A stretch of DNA of 23,470 nt. Source: an uncultured archaeon (GTDB taxonomy: Archaea; Asgardarchaeota; Lokiarchaeia; Sigyniarchaeales; SOKP01). Shown piece by piece: positions 17,424-23,470 of this stretch; positions within the stretch are counted from its first letter, which is position 1; each line of letters begins with the position of its first letter. The notes below the pieces were generated by a model, which saw nothing but the letters and a program-made list of their open reading frames with translations, was not told the origin of the DNA and searched no databases. Made by a program: the position numbers and the translations under genes. The DNA lies in assembly GCA_964388035.1 (NCBI GenBank), contig CAYLZE010000079.1, positions 1 through 23,470 on the forward strand. Reading direction: 5' to 3'.

Positions 17424-19022
17424 GTGTTAGATAACAAAATTTTAGAAGACTTTCAAGAAATTGTGGGAAAAGAAAACATTGATGATGGGGAGGTCATTAC
17501 AAATGCTTATGCATATAACTGGTGTACGGAGTTTGTGAATTTCATGGAAGGGAAAGAACCCATTCCTTTTTCCCCCGTTCCCAAAGCCGTTCTTTTACCA
17601 TCCACGACTGAAGAAGTCCAGAAAATAATTCAAGCATGCAACAAGTATAAAATTACATTTAAAGCGCAATCCACGGGATTAGGTCCATGGAATCAGGTTA
17701 GTACGAAGAATTCCATCATAATTGATCTTCGAAGAATGAATAAAATCGTGAAGATTGATGAAAAGAACTTATATGCCGTGATTGAACCCTACGTGAGCGG
17801 AGCACAAATACAAGCGGAACTAATGAAATACGGACTGAATCTACACATGCCCGGAGCGGGTCCCATGGCCAGTCCATTAGCAAGTCATACCTCCATGGCG
17901 GGTCCGGGATTTACCTCCCCTCAAACGGGACATAGTGCAAGAAATGTATTAGGCACGGAATGGGTACTCCCAACGGGGGAGATCTTGAGATTAGGTTCTC
18001 TTGGTTTAAAAAGTAATCCCGATTGGTATTCTGGAGATGGCCCCGGACCGAGTTTAAGAGGTATAATGCGGGGTTGGATAGGAACGAAATCGGGCTTGGG
18101 AGTATTTACCAAGGTAGCCATTAAGCTCTTCCCGTATCCCTGTGAGACTAAATTCAATTTAAGCGGACACGCACCTAAGTTTGATTTTGAAATTCCTAAA
18201 TACATCAGGGCGTACGTGATAGATTGTGGAGATTTTAAAAAATTAGAAAAGACTTTTTTAAGAGTAGAGGAAGAAGAACTAGCATTTATATGCAGTCACA
18301 TGTCAAGCTTTGCAATCATGGCTGTTTTTTCCTATAGCATAGAAGATTTAATTGATAAAATGGCATTGGGAAGCATAAAACAGCCCCTATTAATTGTCAT
18401 CGCAGCTCGAACGGAAAGAGAGTTCAATTACAAGCAAAAAGTAATGGAGCATGTAATGCATGAATTGAATTTGACCAATATAATTGGTACGAAATATAAT
18501 CCCGAATCCATTTTTTATGCCGAGTGCCTACGTGCAAATTTAGGATATCACGGATTTGTAGCAACAGGCGGATTTCAATCCTCAAAAGGGCAGTGCGATA
18601 CAGCGGCCACTTGTCTTCGGGCAGAAGAAGATAATGTTCCATTAAAGCAACAATATGTTAAAAGAGGTGTTATTGCCAACGATTTTGGAGAGGGCGCATG
18701 GATGACCAGTTATGAAGGGGGTCATTTTTTTCACATGGAAGCTCCCACCATGTTTGATCAAACAGACTCGGAAAGCGTGAAAGGCATGGCAGAATACATG
18801 GAAGCTAGCAATCAGATGGACCTTCTAAAGAACATGGGGGCACCTTTTTTTATAGAAGGAGATAAATTGCATGACGAGTGGGGGCCTCACATGATGAATT
18901 ATCACGTCTGGTTGAGAAAAATTAAAGAAGCTTTTGATCCCAATGGAATCTCAGATGCTGGCTTTTACATTTCAGCTAAACCTAAAAATAAAATTAAGGA
19001 GGGGATAAACCATGATGAATAA
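17424..19022 (+). CDS. FAD-binding oxidoreductase, VAO/PCMH/GlcD superfamily (subunit B)
   Basis: VLLPSTTEEV, IDLRRMNKI, IEPYV, EWVLPTGEILRLG, GLGVFTK and KEAFDPNG. GTG start after GGAGGAG. Confidence 0.88.
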   Translation: MLDNKILEDFQEIVGKENIDDGEVITNAYAYNWCTEFVNFMEGKEPIPFSPVPKAVLLPSTTEEVQKIIQACNKYKITFKAQSTGLGPWNQVSTKNSIIIDLRRMNKIVKIDEKNLYAVIEPYVSGAQIQAELMKYGLNLHMPGAGPMASPLASHTSMAGPGFTSPQTGHSARNVLGTEWVLPTGEILRLGSLGLKSNPDWYSGDGPGPSLRGIMRGWIGTKSGLGVFTKVAIKLFPYPCETKFNLSGHAPKFDFEIPKYIRAYVIDCGDFKKLEKTFLRVEEEELAFICSHMSSFAIMAVFSYSIEDLIDKMALGSIKQPLLIVIAARTEREFNYKQKVMEHVMHELNLTNIIGTKYNPESIFYAECLRANLGYHGFVATGGFQSSKGQCDTAATCLRAEEDNVPLKQQYVKRGVIANDFGEGAWMTSYEGGHFFHMEAPTMFDQTDSESVKGMAEYMEASNQMDLLKNMGAPFFIEGDKLHDEWGPHMMNYHVWLRKIKEAFDPNGISDAGFYISAKPKNKIKEGINHDE

Positions 19023-19419
19023 CTCTAAAATAATAAGTGATCCCCCTCGAGGGTTTGCCGGAATAATTCAAAATCCTTTATGCTCTTTAAATTCTAATGA
19101 GCAGTTCAAAAAGCGTTATAATAATACGAACATGAAAATCTTGCTTAATCCCACTAATTTAAATCATGCGGCTTTGATTATTATTAGTCAAGGCCAAATT
19201 CAAGTTAAAAGTGTTGAAAATAAGCCAAAGGAGAATTTGGATAAGAATCAAACCGGCTGGGATGCTTTTTTAGAGATGAGGTCAGAAGTTTTTTTAGGAT
19301 TGGCGATGAATAGACTTTCTTTAGTGAGTGTTTTAATTAAGTGGATGCGGGGAGAAATAAGAATGAAGGGAATATTGAAATTGATGGTATTATTAAAGAT
19401 ATTTAAATTATTAAATTAA
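19012..19419 (+). CDS. SCP2 (sterol-carrier-protein-2)-like lipid-binding protein
   Basis: 135 aa ending in D..LEM....FL.LA...LS......RGEIRMKG..KL..L, the SCP2 C-terminal pattern. GGAGG RBS; overlaps the upstream gene by 11 nt. Confidence 0.7.
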   Translation: MMNNSKIISDPPRGFAGIIQNPLCSLNSNEQFKKRYNNTNMKILLNPTNLNHAALIIISQGQIQVKSVENKPKENLDKNQTGWDAFLEMRSEVFLGLAMNRLSLVSVLIKWMRGEIRMKGILKLMVLLKIFKLLN

Positions 19420-19455
19420 TATTTTATATTTTAATGATCATCTGAATGTAAATAA

Positions 19456-19869
19456 TCATATTATATATGATTTAAGTGGTATATTGAAAATCTTGAAATG
19501 ATCAGGGTTTCTAGTTATAATTTTTTTAGCAGAATGAGATTCTGCGGTTGCACCGATTATTAAGTCTTGAATCTCAATCGTGATACCATTATATTTTAAT
19601 TTCCCTTTAAGAATGCCTGCCCGTTCTAAAATTGGACGTGTTATATTAAATATTGTATATCCTTCTATTAGATTTAAAATTTTTTTCATATATTTTTCAA
19701 ATAGATCCTTACCATATTTTTCTAAAGTATATCCAAGTCCAACATATAATTCAGAGATAGTTATTGCTGATATAGCGCATACTTCATTCTTAAATTCGAG
19801 CATAACATTATCTACATTAGACCTTCCACGACCAATGTCTATAATTACATTAGTATCTAGCAAAATCAT
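19456..19869 (-). CDS. vapC: VapC/PIN-domain toxin (intact)
   Basis: ILLDTNVII, ISAITISEL, QDLIIGATA and TRNPDHF. The start overlaps the antitoxin stop by 1 nt. Confidence 0.92.
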   Translation of the reverse strand: MILLDTNVIIDIGRGRSNVDNVMLEFKNEVCAISAITISELYVGLGYTLEKYGKDLFEKYMKKILNLIEGYTIFNITRPILERAGILKGKLKYNGITIEIQDLIIGATAESHSAKKIITRNPDHFKIFNIPLKSYII

Positions 19870-20126
19870 TAAAGATTTTCCCCATTTCCAAGATTTTTGT
19901 TTGATTCTTTTTCCAAATCGTCCTTTCGAGCTTCATTAATAACACGTTCAAAATCATCCACCATTTTTTGTGGAAGGTCTTTGAAAATCCCATAGTGCCT
20001 TAATGGATCTCTCTTTCTATCTTTTATTAATCGTTCAATGACATCAGAGAAGCTTTCATCCGAACCTTTTAATTTTATTAAATCTCTATAAATTTTTTCT
20101 TTAATAGATATCATTTTTGATGTCAT
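19869..20126 (-). CDS. vapB: Archaeal VapB-family antitoxin (DUF217-like)
   Basis: KMISIKEKIYRDL..LK..DESFSDVIERLI, directly upstream of vapC. Confidence 0.9.
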   Translation of the reverse strand: MTSKMISIKEKIYRDLIKLKGSDESFSDVIERLIKDRKRDPLRHYGIFKDLPQKMVDDFERVINEARKDDLEKESNKNLGNGENL

Positions 20127-20142
20127 AATCTATGTAAATAGA

Positions 20143-20166
20143 ATAAATATTTATATAAATATTTAT
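20143..20166. promoter_or_regulatory. 24-bp palindrome in the vapBC promoter region; putative operator/TATA region
   Basis: ATAAATATTTATATAAATATTTAT is a perfect palindrome made of two copies of ATAAATATTTAT, 17-40 bp upstream of vapB. It is AT-only, so chance cannot be excluded. Confidence 0.4.
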
Positions 20167-20278
20167 ATTTTTCCAGGAAAATTCTTTAAAATTGTATTAT
20201 AAGATAAATAATTTAATTTCTTATTAGCAATATTACAACTAGATTTAAAAACTCATAAAAGAATAGATAGAAATTATA

Positions 20279-21346
20279 ATGACGATTAATAATAACGAAA
20301 AATCAAAAACGATAATTGAAGCTTGGTCAGGTCCGGGAAAAAAGGATGGAACGATAACTCAATTTAAACCCGAATTTGATGCTTTGCATATTGACATGAA
20401 AAAACATGGGAATTGCGAATGGTGGTATTTCGACGCCCGGTTGGACAATGGATATACTGTGGTTCTTTTCTTCCGAGCAAAACATGAAAGAACGGGAAAA
20501 ACGGGAGTGGAAGTCGTGATTTATAAACCTGGTCAAGATAAAGTCCAAAAAATCTATAATTATCATAGATCGGATTTTTCGGCATCAACCGAAAAAGCAG
20601 AAGTCAAAATAGGTAAAAATTACTTTAAGGCAGATAATTCAAATGAACTTTTTCCGTCCTATGAGATTGTTCTGGATGAAGAAGAATATGGTGTTCACTT
20701 GTCTTTTAAGGCGGAGGTACAAGCATGGATGCCAGGGAAAGGGCATACTCAATTTGGGAATTTAGGTGTGTTTGGATGGGTAGTTCCATTGCCACGTGCT
20801 AAAGTTACTGGGGACATTCGAATGGGAGAACAAATAATTTCCGTCCAAGGAATAGGATATCATGATCATAATTGGTTAGATTTTAACCTGGTAAGGATCA
20901 TTGAATATTGGATGTGGGGGCGCATGTATTCAGAAAATTTCACGCTAATTTATGCCCTTATCAAATGCAATAAAAAATGGGATGATTATCCGATCATGGT
21001 ACTCATGTTAGCAAAAAACGCGGAAATTCTAAAAAGCACGGGAGAATTCACCCTCAAACAAGAAGATTCTGAATTCTATGAAAAAATAGGGAAAAATTAT
21101 CCCAAGAAATTACTATTTCAATTTCCAGAAAACAATTCGATACAATTAGATGTGCAGGATATTATTGATTCTGATAACCTCCTCTTTGAACTACATCCTA
21201 TCATGAGATTTCTTGCTAAGAATGTCCTAAAAATTAATCCTAGTTATTTTAGATTTTTTTCAAATTTCAAAATGGGATTGAATCTTGATGGGAAAAAATT
21301 CGAAGAAAAGGGAACCACATTTCATGAAATGGTAATACTCAGATGA
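20279..21346 (+). CDS. CrtC/AttH-like (carotenoid 1,2-hydratase / lipocalin-like) protein
   Basis: EWWYFDA in the N-terminal barrel; GIGYHDHNW and WMWGR in the second barrel. Confidence 0.75.
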   Translation: MTINNNEKSKTIIEAWSGPGKKDGTITQFKPEFDALHIDMKKHGNCEWWYFDARLDNGYTVVLFFRAKHERTGKTGVEVVIYKPGQDKVQKIYNYHRSDFSASTEKAEVKIGKNYFKADNSNELFPSYEIVLDEEEYGVHLSFKAEVQAWMPGKGHTQFGNLGVFGWVVPLPRAKVTGDIRMGEQIISVQGIGYHDHNWLDFNLVRIIEYWMWGRMYSENFTLIYALIKCNKKWDDYPIMVLMLAKNAEILKSTGEFTLKQEDSEFYEKIGKNYPKKLLFQFPENNSIQLDVQDIIDSDNLLFELHPIMRFLAKNVLKINPSYFRFFSNFKMGLNLDGKKFEEKGTTFHEMVILR

Positions 21347-21686
21347 AATGTTTAAAGTCCATTTTAGGAATATAAATTCTATTCCTTTTTTAATTTTCTT
21401 GGAGAAAGACTTTCTTTTTTTTTCCTTTAATTAAGGTATGAGGATATTTATTAACCTTGACAGCTGAAATCCTTGAAAAGCATGTTATATATCCCTATTT
21501 TCATCTATTTTTATCGTAAAAAAATACATTTCATGGTTCTTTAGATTAGCGACAATTTATAAATATCCGTTAAAGGCTTATCCATTATTCTTGAAATAAA
21601 AAAGTACTTTATGTTTCTAAAGTAAAATTTTTTTAACGTATTAAATATGAATTGAACATAATAAAGCGAAGTATAAAGTAATTATC

Positions 21687-22904
21687 ATGAAATATAGAAA
21701 ATTTGGTTCTAAGGAGTGGGATGTTTCTGTTTTGGGTTTTGGCGCCATGCGCTTGCCAATAAATGAAAAGGGCATGATAATGGAGGAGGAAGCGATTCGC
21801 ATGATTCGCTATGCCATTGATCATGGTGTGAATTATATCGATACGGCATATCCTTATCATGGTGGGAAGAGCGAATCCATTGTAGGACAAGCTTTAAAAG
21901 ATGGATATCGAGAAAAGGTTCATTTAACTACTAAATTACCCGTGTGGTTAATAAGGAAAGGAAATCAATTTGAACGGTATTTAAATAAGCAGCTCAAACG
22001 GCTTCAAACGAACCCTGACATTTATTTATTTCATGGGATGAATCAAGCCCGTTTCAATCTTGTTAAGGAACTTAATCTATTGGATAAAATGGAAAAAGCA
22101 CGCGATGAAGGGATTTTCAAGTATATTGGATTTTCTTTTCATGATAGTTTTGATGTATTTAAAGATATTTTGGATTATTATAATTGGGATTGCTGCCAAA
22201 TTCAATATAATTACCTCGATGTCAATTATCAAGCAGGGAAAAAAGGAGTTCAATACGCGGGAAAGAAAAACGTTGCCTTGATCATCATGGAACCGATTAG
22301 GGGAGGAAAATTGGCTCTTCCACTCAAGCAAATGGACTCAAAACCAGAAATTAAAGCAGTAATTGAAAAATCAATAATTAAACGGACAATGCCAGATTGG
22401 GCACTTCAATTTGTATGGAACCACCCTGAAGTATCCGTTGTCCTTAGTGGAATGAGCTCAATGCAGCAAGTAATAGAAAACGTGCAATCAGCAGAAAATT
22501 CAGGCATTAATTCGTTAACTGAAGAAGAACTCCAAACCATTAAGGAATTAAGACAAGCTTATCACAAGCTTGAGGTAGTTTCTTGTACGAATTGCGGATA
22601 TTGCCAGCCGTGTCCAAATGGCGTATCAATTCCAAATAATTTACGCCTACTGAATGAGATTGCATATTGGGGAGATAAGCATAGAAATCGAATCGGGAAC
22701 TTTTACAATCAGATGGTTAAATCTGTTGAAGAGGCAAAAGAAAAAATAAAGCAAGGAGAAGATTTTGAAGGAGCAGCAAGTTTATGCGAGAATTGTGGAG
22801 AATGCTTGGAAAAATGTCCTCAACAAATTAACATCCCCGAAATGATGAAAAAAGTCGTGGCAGTTTTTGAGAATGGGGAAAGCATTCTAAAAGTTTTAAG
22901 TTAA
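21687..22904 (+). CDS. Aldo/keto reductase with C-terminal [4Fe-4S] domain
   Basis: LGFGAMRLP, NYIDTAYPYH, TKLP, GFSFH and MEPIRGG; C-terminal CTNCGYCQPCP and CENCGECLEKCP. Confidence 0.93.
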   Translation: MKYRKFGSKEWDVSVLGFGAMRLPINEKGMIMEEEAIRMIRYAIDHGVNYIDTAYPYHGGKSESIVGQALKDGYREKVHLTTKLPVWLIRKGNQFERYLNKQLKRLQTNPDIYLFHGMNQARFNLVKELNLLDKMEKARDEGIFKYIGFSFHDSFDVFKDILDYYNWDCCQIQYNYLDVNYQAGKKGVQYAGKKNVALIIMEPIRGGKLALPLKQMDSKPEIKAVIEKSIIKRTMPDWALQFVWNHPEVSVVLSGMSSMQQVIENVQSAENSGINSLTEEELQTIKELRQAYHKLEVVSCTNCGYCQPCPNGVSIPNNLRLLNEIAYWGDKHRNRIGNFYNQMVKSVEEAKEKIKQGEDFEGAASLCENCGECLEKCPQQINIPEMMKKVVAVFENGESILKVLS

Positions 22905-23069
22905 GGTTCGATTTTATTTATTATTTATTCTGCTATATAATCGGATACACTTTCGGAGTCTCTTACTAAATCAAATTAAATAGTCATTGATTAATTTCAC
23001 TGCATAAAGATGATCAGCATAATTACATATCAAATTTATATATGATTAATTTCCGTATTGATGTGTTAT

Positions 23070-23470
23070 ATGACAAAATTAAATCTTAATATTAATAAAA
23101 AAGATAAAAAGAAAAGACAAGACCAATCCAAGTTAAAAATTGACAGTTCAATTGGTGAAAATACAAGGAGAAACATCGAGGAACAAATAAAGATTCATGA
23201 GATCGCTTTAAAAGAAAGGGGGAGTGATCTCATTAAAATTCCTGATTATATTCCAAATAATAAATATGTTGGATTTGTTAAAGGAGCTATCGTAGCGGTT
23301 AGCGATAATCCTGGTGAAATAGCTCAAATTGCGGCGGAGAAATTCCCTAATTTTCCATTAATTATAAAGTACAATGGTGCAAAAAAGAAGCCGATGGAAT
23401 ATTGCTATCTAAATTTGTCTGAATTGAAATGTTGGAATCATGCTCAATTAGAGGATTTTTCTTATCCAAT
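23070..23470 (+). CDS. 5' part of a gene running off the right edge; contains a DUF5678-like segment
   Basis: Not in the ORF track; translated by hand from ATG 23070 (or in-frame ATG 23061), open to the edge: MTKLNLNINKKDKKRQ...PNNKYVGFVKGAIVAVSDNPGEIAQIAAEKFPNFPLII... Confidence 0.7.
   Translation, partial: MTKLNLNINKKDKKKRQDQSKLKIDSSIGENTRRNIEEQIKIHEIALKERGSDLIKIPDYIPNNKYVGFVKGAIVAVSDNPGEIAQIAAEKFPNFPLIIKYNGAKKKPMEYCYLNLSELKCWNHAQLEDFSYP

Noticed and set aside
636-22331. Short overlapping or antisense ORFs in the track (e.g. 636..845, 893..1168, 2854..3075, 6143..6406, 12095..12367, 17921..18205, 19580..19939, 22077..22331)
   Set aside because: They lie within or opposite well-supported genes and have no recognisable motifs; they are treated as shadow ORFs.
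1-23470. CRISPR array, tRNA/rRNA, transposase or integrase
   Set aside because: No regularly spaced repeats, GC-rich structured RNA segments, or DDE/tyrosine/serine recombinase motifs were seen by eye.

Overview
AT-rich archaeal-type genomic DNA, most likely from a Lokiarchaeia/Promethearchaeia-like Asgard archaeon. This is inferred from GGAGG/GGTG ribosome-binding sites, oligo-T tracts after genes, archaeal-type VapB antitoxins, a stand-alone SCP2 protein and GlcD/HdrD-like paralogues; no taxonomic marker gene is present. The window is an accessory, catabolic-looking region. The left half holds two tandem paralogous four-helix membrane proteins, a DUF998 protein, a HEAT-repeat protein, a membrane-anchored metallophosphoesterase, an M50-like HExxH membrane protein, a serine hydrolase, a ferredoxin-nitroreductase, an amidase, an MFS remnant and an M20 hydrolase. 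The right half holds a vapB gene with a truncated vapC, a haloalkane dehalogenase, a tightly coupled four-gene operon (two VAO/PCMH-type flavoproteins, a CCG Fe-S subunit and SCP2), an intact vapBC pair, a CrtC/AttH-like protein and an Fe-S aldo/keto reductase. Partial genes sit at both edges. The best candidates for novelty are: (i) the flavoprotein/Fe-S/SCP2 operon with its dehalogenase and CrtC-like neighbours, bracketed by two convergent vapB(C) loci; (ii) an unannotated ~100-bp degenerate repeat with internal dyad symmetry on both sides of the amidase gene; (iii) the possibly claudin-like tetraspan paralogues. No rRNA, tRNA, CRISPR array or transposase was seen.
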